This document shows, piece after piece, positions 36,239 through 50,300 of a stretch of DNA of 64,000 bases (its first letter is position 1; each line of letters starts with the position of its first letter). A program made the translations under genes and the position numbers. The notes under the pieces were generated by a model, which was not told the origin of the DNA, ran no database searches, and saw only the letters and a program-made list of their open reading frames with translations. The stretch covers positions 22,196,001-22,260,000 of the forward strand of contig CM106586.1 in the NCBI GenBank assembly GCA_048013815.1, written 5' to 3'. This DNA comes from Setoptus koraiensis (taxonomy: Eukaryota; Animalia; Arthropoda).

Positions 36239-39200
36239 GGGCGACCGGCGAAAGTGATGTCAGACGGACTCGTTTGCGAGTGGCTGCGGCCGCAAGTGAA
36301 TCTGGCACATCATTCGGCAAGGCGAGCCGTCGGTTTGCCAAGACCGAGCTGTTGTAATTAGCGGCTTGGTGTAATTTTCGCTCACAGCGATAGTCGGCTC
36401 GCTCGTTTCTGGCCGGCTGCCAGCTAAAAAGTGAGCCGGCCAATGTTTCACCGTTTCGCCTAGACCGTTTCGGCTAGACCGCTCTAGACGGCGTAACGGT
36501 CCATATGTCGACTGTCATTGAGGCAGGGCATCAGCTGTTCGCGCTGACAAACAACAGACTCTACGGCATGTATGTTATGTATACGTATGTTGTGTATATC
36601 GTTTGAATTGGGTCTGTTTCTTTGAATTCTGGCGCTGGCTGCTGGCTTCTGAGTCACAAGTTCTCACTGAACGTGCTGGCACGCCAATTGGACACACAAA
36701 CTCTCAGAAAGGCACACAAGCGACAGAGTTCAGTGTCAGCGCGAAAGTGATTATGCAAATAAGGCAAAAATTCATCATGCCCGCTCAAGGTAACTCGAAA
36801 TCGAGTCGCGTACCGGTCGCCAGGTAAACTATGCCCAACGTAGGTATTTTGCATGTTGCCGGCATTTGCCGGCTGCCAGTTAATTACTGGCTATTTAACT
36901 AGCTGTTTGGGCGGCAATTTAGAGCTGATTCGCTAGCTGCGATTGCCGAGCGAGAGTTGATCATCTTTGATCGTCGCCATTGCGGTTGCGGTTGCCGTTG
37001 CCGCTGTTGTTGCCGCTGTTGTTGCTGCTGTTGTTGCCGTTGCCGTTGATGGGCCGGCATATCGGTTGGCGTCGGTGATACATGGCACACGAGCGACAGA
37101 GAACAACAGATCGCAACGAGCGGCCACCCTCATCCGAGCCGCTCGCCCAGCGATAACGCGCGGCCCACGCAACTGGCAAGACGCGCAATATCGGCACGAC
37201 GACATTGGCAAGACGACATTGGCAAGACGACGTTGGCAAGACGCTCAAAAGTCAGTGTTGGCGAGTGGTCGCGAGCCAACGATATCGCCACAGCTGAGGC
37301 AGCTTATCGGCGATCGATTGGCGGCGATAATAACGGCGCTTATAACGGCGCTAATAACGGCGCTAATGATGACAAATAGATGGCCACTTACGCCGTAAAA
37401 AGCATAAATAACGTCGCTATAAAATTGAATAACGTCAGCCGCGAATCCGTCCAGCTCGCCGTCCTGTTTGCAACGGCCTGTTTACAATGGCCTTTTTACA
37501 ATGGCTCGTTGGCTGGAAATGGTGGATCTGCTCACAGATTCATGAGAGCGATACACGATTTTAGATAGTTATTGACTGGATAAGCAACCAATTTGTTAAT
37601 GTCAGTCATTGCAATTTCGCGCGCGAATCATCCCAATAAACGGGCGGCTCGTGTGCGTGGGTTGCTCTCTCTCTCTCTCTCTCTCAAAAGAAAATGTTAA
37701 TCTAAATTAGCATCGATCGTTGTTTGCTGTCTAAATTGGTTTAGACAGCAAACAACAATCACAAACGGGCATGTCATGCGTGCCGTTCGAGTAACTGTGG
37801 CCCGCTGTCATCATTACCGTTATGTCGATTATTAATTACAAATTAGCCGAGCGATTTCCGGTTGACAATCGGCAATTATCGGCCCAGTTATTATGTCAGA
37901 GGTGCGATATGCATTCGGCCATTGGTGCCACTGACGCATATTTGCATATTTGCTCATCTGCTCATTTGCTGGCCCAACAGCCACATGTGACACTATGTAT
38001 AGGCTCGTGACAGCCGACGAACGAGCCCGGTCAAGCTGTTTGCTGACCACGACAATCGCGCTGCTGACAACGACAATCGCGCTGCTGACCACGACAATCA
38101 CGCTGCTGACCACGACAATGGCGTTGCTGCAATAATAAAAGAGTTGGCCACGAAAGAAATTAGATAATAAAACTGGCCGGCTCACGGCGCTACTTTAATT
38201 GGTCTATCGCTCACAAGTTCGTATAAATCGCTCGCAAGTTCGTATAAATCGCTCACAAGCGGTCGCTGGCTGCTGGCAGTTGCCACAGTCAGCTGACTGT
38301 CATGATGATGATGATGATGCAAAACAATGATGTTATGTAACACAGTGTGTGCGTGTGTTTGTTTGTATTGATTGCGTCATTGGCTCATTGAGTAAGCGCA
38401 GTGTTAGCAGTGGCTAGCTGATTATAACTACTACTGCTAGCTGATGGCAGCATTCCAACAGCGTGTGTGTGTGTGTGTGTCTGTCCATCATTACATAACA
38501 GAGCAACACAACAGTGAAACAATCACAGCAACAACAATGGACTTATTAGAGCAACATGACGCAACTTGTTGTTGCGCGGCCAGACAGGACGAGTTGAGTC
38601 GGAGCTTCCTGTTGCTTCTTTCGGTCGCTTCTCTCGGTCGCTTCTCTCGGCCGCTTCTCTCGGTCGCTTCTCTCGGTCGCTTCTTTCGGTCAGCTGCTTT
38701 GGTCAGTTGGTCATATTTGAATATTTGCAGATATTCTCGACATATTTATCGAGGCGGCAGTGCGCTGACGACTACCAAACGTGATACAAATTGTGCGCTG
38801 TCTTGCTGGCTCTTGTCGCGCATCTCGCTCAGACGGCCGCCCAATCCGGCGGCCGGCGCTTCGAACGAGTGCGAGTGGGAAGGCGGAAATGGAGTGGCCA
38901 GCGCAACAGCAAGTGCCAAGTGTCGAATCTGAATATTGGCCGGCGCATTCGCATGCCCTCATCTCGTCTCGTCTCGTCTCCTTTCAGCTGGGCTCAATTT
39001 GTCTCGAATCATCCAATCAACCTGTTGCATCTCTCCACACAATTACTGGATACTAGTGTCCAGTGTCTAGTGTCCAGTGTCTAGTGTCCGGCAAGCGCGC
39101 CAAGGAAACCGTGATTGGCTCAGTCTGTGCCGGCCACTCGAATCAACGGCTCAAAATAATTAATAGACTTGCGCAACAGGTCACCTGGCTCATTGTTTGG

Positions 39201-39517
39201 CGCTGCTTGCATGCCGCAACGAGCGCCACAGACAGATATGGCCACTTGATTGCATCGCGGTGTCTTTCGCCGGCCGCTGCTGGCTGCCAGCGAGGGGCTC
39301 TCCCGGGAATCGAGCGGGTGCTCCGAAGCGTTCGCTACATTCTAGCTGTTCGAAGCGTTCGAAGCGTTCGAAGCGTTCGCGGCGTTCGAAGCGTTCGCGG
39401 CGTTCGAGCCGTCCCAACGGGCAAGCTTGATGATGGCGCGATCGCGTCGCTGCAGCATCATTGAGCCGGCCTAATCGAGTCTCAAGTGGTGACCGCAACA
39501 CAATCGGCCCATTCTTT

Positions 39518-39610
39518 TTGTATAATATTCTCTTCGTATAATATTCTCTTCGTATAATATTCTCTTCGTATAGTATTCTTTTTTCGTATAATTTTCTTTT
39601 TGTGTAATAT
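39518..39610. repeat. 16-mer TATAATATTCTCTTCG array, decaying to the right
   Basis: Three perfect units plus degenerate copies. Confidence 0.85.
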
Positions 39611-42600
39611 TCATGGGTGAATATGTTAAAAATATGCTGTGCACAAGGCCAGATGCGAGCCGAGCGCCGAGTCAAGGTCAAGTTTGGTCATTCAGTCAAG
39701 ATTGGCCTATTCATTGATTGCGTCATCACATTGTTGATTAGTTGTTGTTGCTGCGTTCATCGTGGCACCGGTTGTTTGATCGGCACTCGAGTGCTGACCG
39801 CACCGTCATTACATCACAATATGCGCTGATGATCGACGATGCTCAGCCTCGAGCTGGCCCGACAAGTGGCCAGTCGTTCAATTTCGGCGCTCACATCGGC
39901 GGCTCAATGGCAGCGACAGGACGACCGTTTAAGAGCGCCGCCAGCGCCGGATACAATCAGCCGCCGACACCCGATCCGCGCTCGCCATTTAATGGACGCT
40001 GTCTGAGCGTCGGGAGTCGGGAGTCGCGACTCGCGAGCGGTCAATGCGCAAACTGAACGGAAGAGTGAGATTTTCATTTTGTTCGCCCGACAACCCGGCT
40101 ACCTGTCACTGGGCACAATGGACAGGGCACCGGGCTCAACTGTCGGCGATAAGCGCGCAAAATCGATCATCGGCTAACATGACCACGACGTGAAATAGAT
40201 CGCCCTGGCACCGGCCATTAGACGGCACTGTTATCGTTGGTGGCGCCGGCGAGCGGCCGGCGATAAGTCGGCCGGCGGCCGGCGAGAGAGAAGCGCTCGC
40301 CGGTCGCATTGTGATCGGGGCGACCTTGGCAATCGAAAATCGATTGTTAGACAACGAGCGCCACCGACGACCGGCCAGCAACGAACCGATGAAACATTAG
40401 TTTCGGGCGCTCGCCAATTCGCCCGTAATTCTGCTTCGAATTCTCAAGCTCTCGAACTCTCGAATTCTCGTCATTTGCCTATGGTCGCCGTTTGCGTTTT
40501 GCAAGCTACGGTCGTCGCAACGATCGAAACAGGCAATATTCGGCTTCGCCATCGCTAAACAGCCGACGATTGGAACTGGTGAATCGCTAAACAAACAAAC
40601 GGGCTGTCGTCGCTTCGATCAAATGCTCGTCCCGGCCCGACGCTAAACGGGCGCCAATTGTGCGCGTTCGCTGTCAATGGCCGGCCAGTTGGCTTGCCAA
40701 TGGCGGCTTGCCAATGGCGGCTTATTAAATCAGATTGTCATCACGACTGCCATCTTTTTGCAACAATGGGCCGGCTCCATGATTGTTGGCGCGATTTGAT
40801 TTTAGTTGCAGTTGATAAGCAGCTCAATTGTTGTCTCAACTGTGTGTCTGGGCCATTGTGCGGCCGGAATTGCATTCCGATCGAATCAAATCAAATCCAA
40901 TCCGATTCCGTTATCCATTGGCCGCTCGATTGATCGATTGGCCGAGTGTGGCCACTGTTTATCTCTGTGCGGCGAGCCCGATAAACGGACTCGCTCGCCG
41001 TGATAAACGCAGAGATAAACGGTCTCTCGATTGCAGAGTCGATCTTGGATTTTCATTTCTGATTTTCATTTCGATAATCAAATCAGCGCTGTTTGTTTAT
41101 CGTTGCGCGTCCGCCGTGTTTTGTGTCTCGCTGCCGCCGAGCAGCTCGCCACCGCACCTCGATCTTGCCCGACCAACGACCAACAAACTTGCAATTGAAA
41201 TCTCTGGCCAACGGCGAGACACAACTGCTGCCGAGTGGCGGCGCTTGGCTCAACTAACGACATAGCTTTGGGTATGGCACTTTGGGTATGGCAACAACGG
41301 GCGACCCGAGTAGGTAGATGGAAAAATATGGATAAGTCTGAAAAGGTGAAAACGCGAAAACGCGAAAACGCGAAAAAATGAAAAAATGAAAATGTGAAAA
41401 AATGAGAATGCGAAAATAATCCGCTAACGCGCGCGCCAGCCGAGCCGGCTGACTGGCAAGCGAAATTTAATTAATTAAATATAATATAATAACTTCATTA
41501 ACTGGCACCAAACTGATCGATGGCCACTGATGATCGTTAATGAGACGCCGATAACAACAACGGCAACTGCCACTGGTGATACTGGCAGCAGACAGCTATT
41601 ACAACACTAGACAAGACAAGGCGAGACACGACAACAACATGTCAAGTTGACGTTGTAAAAACAAATAGACACTGGCCAGAGATTCGCGATTGGCAGAGAT
41701 TCGCGATTGCCAGAGATTTGCGATTGGCAGAGATTAAATTAATAATTTGCCAAAGTGTAACAAAGAGAATAGTTTGTTTACATTTGTGCGTGCATGTCTC
41801 TATATGGGCGACGCTTCTGCCAGCGGGCGAGCCAACTTTTTTATCATTGATAACAATTATTGGCACTGATTGAAAATGGATTCAATTGATCGCAACAAAT
41901 CGGCGGCCATTGAAACTAACAGCAGCAAGATGAGACTCGCTGATAAGATGATAACATGATAAAATGAGTCAATTGAGCCCTTCGAGTGGCGGCCCGATTA
42001 GAGCGATAAGTTAATGAGAAGAAGATTTTCATTATTAGAACAACGGGAGGTTCGCTCTAATTATCGAGCTCGTTGGCAGTCGATTGAATCATCAGCAGAC
42101 GCTGACATCATGACACTGACATTATGACACGACAATACCAGCGACCCAAGCCCGGCCACACGGGCAACAGGTTGGCTGGCGGCCCGACGGCGGAGCCCAC
42201 CAGCACGTTCGGTATAAACGCTGTTAATTGGCAACCTGTCGTGTGTGGTGCCAACGAGCCAGCGCTGGATAATCGCCCATTCGATCAATCAGCTTATCTC
42301 GTCCATTGTCGAGTTGTCGTCGTCGTTGTTGCTGTTGCTGTTGGCTCAATTGGTTCGGTCTGTTCGTGGTCTCGAATCGGTTCGATCCGAATCGAATCCG
42401 TTCGGTTCGGTTGCGATTGAGTTCGCGCTCGAACCAATTCGATCTTGAGCCAGTTCGCTCTTGAGCCAATTCGCTCGGATCGGTCGCTGCGACGCGAGTC
42501 GCGCGCTGTTCTCGCTCACTCAATGGGCGCCCGATCCGGCCGATGGGCCCAGCTCGATGCTCGCCGTCGATGTCCGGCGTTGGCTGGGGCCGGCCCGGGT

Positions 42601-44619
42601 GAATCGCGGTGAAGCAGTGAATCAGTGAATCGCGGTGAAGCAGTGAATCAGTGAATCGCAGTGAAGCGCAACCGCCCGCTGGGTGTGGGTGCCACCGATC
42701 CTGTCGGTTTGGTCTGATGCGAGCGAGATGGCGACTGGCGGCCGGGCCGGCAACTCGTAACCGATAGCTGGCGGCCAGCGATAGTTGTCAGGCTCGCCGG
42801 TTGTTGTTGGCCGTCTAATTGATTTCTCTTCTCCCTCATTGGCAGTTATCTCTCATTGGCAGTTATCTCTCAGTTACAGTTGTGGCTCATTTACCTGAGT
42901 TATCTCCCGTTGGCAGTTGCCGTTATGGCCGATTGGCAGTTATCGACACGAGCGAGCATCACTGCGGCTCAACGGATCGACCAATCGGCGATTCGTTGGG
43001 CGATTCGCCGAGCGATTCGGCTGGCCAAACACGACCAGTGCAAAGGCGACTCGGTGCCGTTTGAGCGCCATCGTTCGGACTGTCGGCAGTCGGATAATAT
43101 CGACACGAATTATCGGCGATTATCGTGTTTGTTGTTGGGCACAGTCGATAATGCTAACAACATGACTAACGACCGTTTGATTCAGTGGCCGCCAGTCGCA
43201 GACTAATAGTTGATCAGTTAACGGGATGCGCAGCAACGACAAACCTGATCGCTGATTATGTTAACGACGATAATTCCAATCAACGCACTGACCGTCGCTT
43301 GTATCACTGGCCAGTGGCCACACTTGTTGCCGTTGCTGCTGTGGCAACCGCAACAACAACGGCAACAACAACAGCGGCAACAACAACAGCGGCAACGGCA
43401 ACGGCAGCGGCAACGACGAGGCGCCCTTGTCTGGCTGCCAGCACTTCCTTATGTCCGCCACTGACCAGTGGTCAGCGCCAATTTGCAATTGTTGGCAATT
43501 GCCAACGGTTTGCGCCAAGCTCGCCAGTTGGCCGGCCGTCCGGCCGGCCGGCCGGCAACAGGTGAGCACAGGTGAGGGCATGAGCGAGGCGAGCAATCGA
43601 TGCGATTTGCGTTGCCAACGGTGCCCGTTGGTTGCCAACAGCAACCACCGGCCGACGTAACTCGTAGGTCACTCGCCCAGCGAGCCGCTCACTGTTATTA
43701 TTGAGCGGCCAGTGGCCAGTGGCAAGCCAATAAAATGGAATAGGCGATAATAATAAAACGCCAGCCGGCGATAAATAATCCGGCTCATGCTCGCAAGCGA
43801 TGGCGCTGCCCGTACCGACTGGCCACCAGTAAGCTGTGTAGCTGTGCATTTGGAGCTACGTAACGCGGGCCGGATAATCGCGCTGGCCACTGGCCACTGG
43901 CCACTGGCAAGCTCCGATCGGCAATCACTGCAAATGCATCAAGTTTGTTTGTTTGTTTGTTTGTTGGCCTTTGGTTGCCATACCGACTGTGCCAATAACA
44001 ACAAATGCAATAATACGACTCTCTCTCTCTCTCTCTGTCTGTCTGTCAATTATTGCATATTATCATCGCGTTGGCCATTGGTCATCGGTAGCATTACGTC
44101 AGCATTGTGGCAGCAGCAACAGCTACATTGCGCTCACGAGAATCTCACTCGTTTTGTCTGCCAGTGCGATCCGCTGATTTGACGAGCGATTTTAGTTTCA
44201 TTTAGTTTGGTTTGATTTAGTTTGGTTTGATTCAGTTTGGTTTGATTCAGTTCAGTTTATTCGGCTGTTTATTTCGCTGCAACCGATGCATTATCGTCGG
44301 GTTATTATCGTCGTTGCGCAACAACAACAAGCACGTTTATTGGTGTTACAAGTGCATAAGTCGCCACTCGATAAAGCTGGCCACCAATTAGCCAGCCAAC
44401 TACCGAATGTAGCCGACTGGCCAAATAAACTGGCCACTGGCTCGCTCCAGAGCAGATTAAATTGCTCACCTGTTGACTTGTGCGCTCGGCCAAATTACGC
44501 GGCCGCAACAATTTGCGGCATGAGCCCAATAACGATAATGATGCGGCCGATCGAATAACATTTGATTTGATTACGTTTCCCGTTGGTGGCTCGGCCGGCG
44601 ACCCGGAGAAACGTTTGGC

Positions 44620-44745
44620 TGCGTATCCATTTCGGCGTATATTTCAGCGTATATTTCAGCGTATATTTCGGCGTATATTTGGGCGTATATTTGGGCGTCC
44701 AATTCAGCGTATATTTCGGCGTTTATTTAGGCGTCCGTTTCGGCG
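44620..44745. repeat. 12-mer GCGTATATTTC(A/G) array, about 10 copies
   Basis: Read directly. Confidence 0.85.
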
Positions 44746-45476
44746 CGGATATGCACACGCTGCATGCAACGACCGCGTACCCGTACCCGCCGTTTAATGG
44801 TCGCGTCACCCCGGGCCACACTTAGCCGTCATCGCACGCCGCCATTGATTTATATCGACCGTTAATCGGTCTTGACCAGTTCATAAACTGGCCAGTAGTG
44901 TGCTACCGTTACGATACGATGATTGCTGTGATTGATACGAGGCCGTCGCTGTCGTCGCCGCGGCCGAAACTCGTTGCGCAACTCCAACTACAAACAATAA
45001 CGCGTAAAACTCGTCGCGACCGGAACTACTTTATCTCAGCTCGGCTCGGCTCACCTTTATCGACTGGCCTGTTATCATCGCAAACCATTGTTTGCGTAAT
45101 GGCTCGTATAAATGCCGTAATCAACGATACGCCGGTGGCACTGCCGCGACCATACATTGCAATGCTGAAACACACGGGGCCACATATAATATCTGACCAT
45201 TACACACGGCCAGATATTATATCATTCCGGACATACTAAGGTGCAGTTGAGATTTGTTCTGACAAGATTGTGCAATGCAATCGATGAATGACCAGCCGCG
45301 ATATCGGCGCCGATGACGCCAGACGAATATCGGCCTCATTGATGCCAGACGAATATTGGAGATGTTGCATAAACGGGCGATATTCACAGGTGAATATTGT
45401 TTGTGTGACCATGGATGGACGGGGCTCCGATCGCTTGTCGGTGACATTGGCGCGACGCGTCGTTGCCAACGCGCCA

Positions 45477-45620
45477 CATATTCACGGCAATATCACATTC
45501 ACCGTGAATGATTCACGGCAATATCCTATTCACGGCAATGTCATATTCACGGCAATGTCACATTCACCGTGAATGATTCACGGCAATGTCATGTTCACAA
45601 CGATATCATATTCACAATAT
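45477..45620. repeat. ~17-mer ATTCACGGCAAT(A/G)TCA(T/C) array
   Basis: Read directly; shares the CCGTGAATAT/ATATTCACGG core with 35556-35624. Confidence 0.8.
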
Positions 45621-46701
45621 CGTCGGTCATCCACAGCGCGGCTCAATCAATCAGCGAATCACTTCCATTGATTCATTAATTAGTCAGAGAGCTAATTAAT
45701 GGACCAGACAGCGATAGGTCGGCGTTGACACATCGCCGACCTTGATCGGCGCCGCCAGGTGAGCTCGCTGTCAGCTGATGGCCAGCTCATGTGTCACGGC
45801 GAGTGTCGTCTCAGACAAGCCTCGTTTTGAGAGTTTTTGGCAACGATTGCTGGCAGCTTTTGGCAACGGTTTGTCGAGAGTTGGCAGCGGTTTGTTTATC
45901 GCCCGCCAGTCGTTGCATCATGCAACTCACCTGACATTTTAGACGGCAACTAACAGCAAATTGCGTTATACGGCGCACAATATGGCGCTCGCAACATGGC
46001 GCCATATTGCGCTCAATTATTGTAGATACTCGCTGAAATAATATGAATTTTTCGATTTTGATCATCTCCCGACACTGGACAAACTGTGACTCTGGTGCGC
46101 GGTCCGTCGGCCGCTCTGTCAGCTGGCCCGTCGGCCAGCCCGTCAGCCGCTCCATCAGCTGGTTGGTCGGTTGACAGGGCTGCTTTGGACCGGTTGGCCA
46201 CGGGACGGCTCACAAGCTTGTGAGTGCGACCTGTCAGGTTTGTCGGGTCGCACTGACGGACACACAAACAAACAACAGCAACAACAACGGGCCGAGTTTA
46301 GAATTAATCAAGTCATCGCGCGCTCAAATCATAACAAGCTGTCAGCTGTTAGCATGTTGACAAGTTGACTGGTTCACGATGCAAATGTCAGCCAGTCAGC
46401 TGTCCGTTGGCCGCACTTGTTAATCTGTTGGCCGTCGCAATTGTAGAGCAAGCTCATGAATTACGCTCGTCATGCCCGCCTGACTTTTGCACTTTCCTCT
46501 ATTCACTTTCCCCTCTCCCCGTCTCGCCGCTCGGCCGTCTCGCCGCTCGGCCGTCTCGCCATTTGGCCGTCTCACTAGCTCACTCTCAACCAACAATCAA
46601 CAACCAACAACCAACAACCAACAATCGCCGTGTCGCTGTCGAGCCTGTCTAACGGTAATGTCTCTATTATTATTCATATTCATGTATCGCGCAATTCACA
46701 G

Positions 46702-47294
46702 GCTGGTTCTCGATCATCAACAAGGACTCATTAACGGCTGGATATTTCGAGACCGTGGATCAGGTCGTTCGCGCCAACGTGGATCTATTTTTAAGCCGCG
46801 ACCAACTGGCCGCCTATCTGTTGCCGGCCGCAACAAATCAGCCGCTCGCGTGCACCGCCGGCGCCAACAATTGTGGCCCGTCCACAGTGACCAGTGGTCA
46901 GCACCAGGGGGCCCAGCAGCAGCCGTCGCTCGAGCAGCAACTGCTCAGGTCGGCCCAGATAATTGCGATACCCCAACTGGAGCAGCCGGCCGGCGCAACA
47001 AGCGCGCCACTAAGCGCAATGGCGCCCGCCAATTCAAACAATCAGCCAATATCGCACGACACTGGTAGCTTGTCGCAGCCGAAAGAGGCGCTCAGATCGT
47101 CAACGGACGGCACCAACCACGGTCAACTGGCACACACAGGTAAAAACAACGCGCCATCTAGCGCCGGTCAGCGCATACTGCTGAGGCCCGGTCAGGTGTT
47201 GCGCGTGTGCGGCGTTTATGAGGACGTGTCGCCGTGGTTTCAGTCGGTCATTAGTCAGTCGCAATCTGGCAACAAGAGCGCATTGAACAACAGC

Positions 47295-47367
<73 letters not shown>

Positions 47368-50300
47368 GCAACAACAGCAACAACAAAGACCAGCAACAGG
47401 TGACATCGCAGCGCCATCAGCTGTTGCAGTCGCAAACAACGACGGCACAACAAAACGGAAGTGGCGGCCATCAAACGGCAACAAGTTATTTGCATAATGG
47501 CGGCTTCAATCACACTTACACCTGTGCCACTGCCTATCACCACCAGTTGCATTCGCTTGCACCGTCGGGCCACCGGCCACCCCTGCAGCAGTATCTTCAG
47601 TTGATGCACCAGCACCAACAGCAGCACCACCACCAGCAGAACCGCAACCACAAGAGTCAGCAACAGTCAGCTTGCACCAAGATTGTGCACCAAGGGTGCG
47701 CCAACCATCACTACCAGCAGCAGCATTTGATGCAGTTGCATCCGACCCCCGCATACGGCCTGCACCAAGCGAGTGCGCAACAGCAGCAGCAGCATATGCA
47801 CCAAATGCAGCTGCACCGGCATCATCATGCTCCCAGTCAGGTGGGCATGCAGCCTGGATGCCAGCAGCAAGCAGTGGTGCAGCTGCAGCATCATCATCAT
47901 GCCCACTTGCACCATCTCGCCAGACCGCTGTCGGCTAGCTACGGCAAGGCTCTGGGTTCGGGTATCACGGCGGCCGCGTATCATCCGGTGCACCCGGCCA
48001 TCGGGCACGCACCGGCCGCCTATCCGGCCGCTGCAATAATGATGCAACCGTCGGCGGCGGCAGCAGCGATGACCGCCGGCAACAAGCAGCGCCCGGCACC
48101 AATTCAAGTCATTTCCGGTCTTGCGCAGCAAGCGCAATATAGCAACAGTGGCAACAACGGCGCCGGCAACAAGAAAACGCGCAACAGCAACAGTCAGCAG
48201 TGTTGCCCGCGGGCCGGCGGCATGCCCGTCGAGGGCGTCAAGTTGGGCCAGGGTCAGCGATACGCTCGCTGTGTGCTGGTGTCGTCGATATTTGATGCGC
48301 CCTGCGCGCCGACGGGCTGTTGCTGCGGCCCGAGCAGCCGCGAAGGGCCAGACGGCAACGGGCCGGACAGGGCGACAGTCAGCAAACAGTCAGCTGAGGG
48401 TGGCAAGTGCAGCCAGCAGACGGGTTGCGGTTGCGGGCACAGCGGCAAAAGAGAGGTGCTCATACCCATCGACGAGCGAGGCCGCTTCTACGTGGTGGCG
48501 GGCGCGGACCAGCGAGCCCCCGCGGACGACAAGCACAACAACGGCAACAGCAACAACAAACCAAACAGTGATAACAGTGATAATGGCAACAAGTGTCCGT
48601 CGGCGCGAATAAGCATCGATTACGTGTATCGTTTGTCGCAACTGATCAATCTGTTGCAGCCCGGCGGCTGCGGCATCCCCAATCCGGCGGCCGCCGATTC
48701 AGCGGATCCGGCCCGGCAATTGAGCGACAATTTGCCCATAATGGTGCATCTGATAATTGGCGTACGCCCACGCACTTACCTGCCCAACATGTTCGGCTTG
48801 GGCAGTCTGATACCGGGCGGCGCGAGTGATTTGTTTGACACAAATCACAAGACAACAACAGCAAATCACAACAGCGACAAACAACAGCTGACCAACTACA
48901 ACAGATTGAGCTACTTCAACAACGAAAACAACGTCGGCGGCCACCAGATCGATTGCCGGTACCACCCGAGCAACCAGCTGGCCGGCAACAGCGGCGGCTA
49001 TGTCATCGCCCGTCAGCAGCCGGCGAGCGGCCAAAATGGGCCCACAACAACGGACAGTCCGCTTGCGGCGGACGCGGCAGCGCCCGGCAACGGCGAGGAG
49101 CCCGTGTGCAAGTGCCCTTTTGTCGCGCACGAGCACAATTACCCGACCGCTGGCACTATCAATGCGACAAGTGGCAAGACGAGTGGTGGCGCCAAAAAGG
49201 GCGCCACCTCTAGTTGCAAACAGCAACAACAGCAGCAGCTCGATTGGCAAGCCGACGGCGAGCGAGTGTCAATGGCGACATTTAGCGCGATATTGCGCCT
49301 CGAGACCATCCAAAGCAAGGATGTCATTCTCGGCTCGAGCATCCGGCCCAAGCCCGTGGTGAGCGGCCTGAGCCATCGCGCCTACAACAGCCAGCAACTA
49401 CAAGATCAGCTTCCGGTCGACAGCGAGCCGCCGCCGCCGCCGGGTAAGTCGACCGGCGACAATTGCGCCGCCGCCGACGGCGACAAAAAGAAGCACAGCA
49501 GCGCCAGCGACCCGAAAAGCAACAAGAAACAGGAACAGGCAAAGAAGCAACCGAAAGATTCGTTTGTCAGACGGAGCCTCATTGGTTTCAGGAGGAAGAC
49601 GCGCGACACTATTCAGGCTCAGCTGAACAATCACGCCAACGACGAAAATTCGTCGCCGTCGTTGGGCCCCGATAACATGTGCAGCAGCAGCAATTGCAAA
49701 ACAATTTCGGCCAATTCCTCGATAAAATCGTCGCTTGAAAATCTGATCAGATTGACCACCGGTCATAATAACAGTTCAACGAGCGGCAACAATTTTGTCG
49801 CTGCGGCGCTTGCAAACAACGACCATTACGTAATTGACGGCCACCCGTCCGTTGTGATGATAGAGATCGATTGCGACAGCGATCAGCTGAAATTTATACG
49901 CACCTTCGTGGAGCCCGGTCTGCCCGCTTCCGTTATACCCGATCTGGTGGTGAAGAAGCTCGACTATTGTCAACGCCAGGCCGACAAGTGGTCTAGTCAA
50001 TTCAAGTTGTCCTACGCCATACTAATCAAAGAGTTTGAATTGTGTCACCGTCAGCTCATGCTGGCCAAGGGAGCCAGCGCGGCCAGCCGTTTGGCTGGCG
50101 CGGCCGCTGCGGCCGGAAGTGGCGCAAGTCGTCCGCAGCGTCTATCTATGAAGGCGTTCGATTGGTCGTCGGCAACGGCAACGGCTGCGGCCAAATCGCT
50201 GCCAAACGCTCACGCTGACGATGCGCCGACCAGCAATTGTTGTGATGACAACAGTGACAACAAAACAACGCAGCAACCAGACAAAGTAAACACAGCAACT

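Larger units (their letters stand above)
22190..46701 (+). other. 24,512-bp phase-1 intron of the CABIT gene
   Basis: GT at 22190 and ATTCACAG acceptor ending at 46701. Splicing gives G|GC TGG TTC, restoring the family motif PENYP-G-WF in frame with the 46755 ORF. Confidence 0.85.

Noticed and set aside
23443-45620. Tandem arrays as CRISPR-like loci
   Set aside because: The units are directly adjacent with no unique spacers, there are no cas genes, and the context is eukaryotic.
22273-46700. Over 100 short ORFs in the intron as nested genes
   Set aside because: Rich in R, A, S, C and P from GC-rich micro-repeats, overlapping in all frames, with no domain signatures or consistent splice chains.
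46755-46757. GTG start of the 2938-aa track ORF
   Set aside because: An internal Val codon; the exon begins at 46702 after an AG acceptor, in the same frame.
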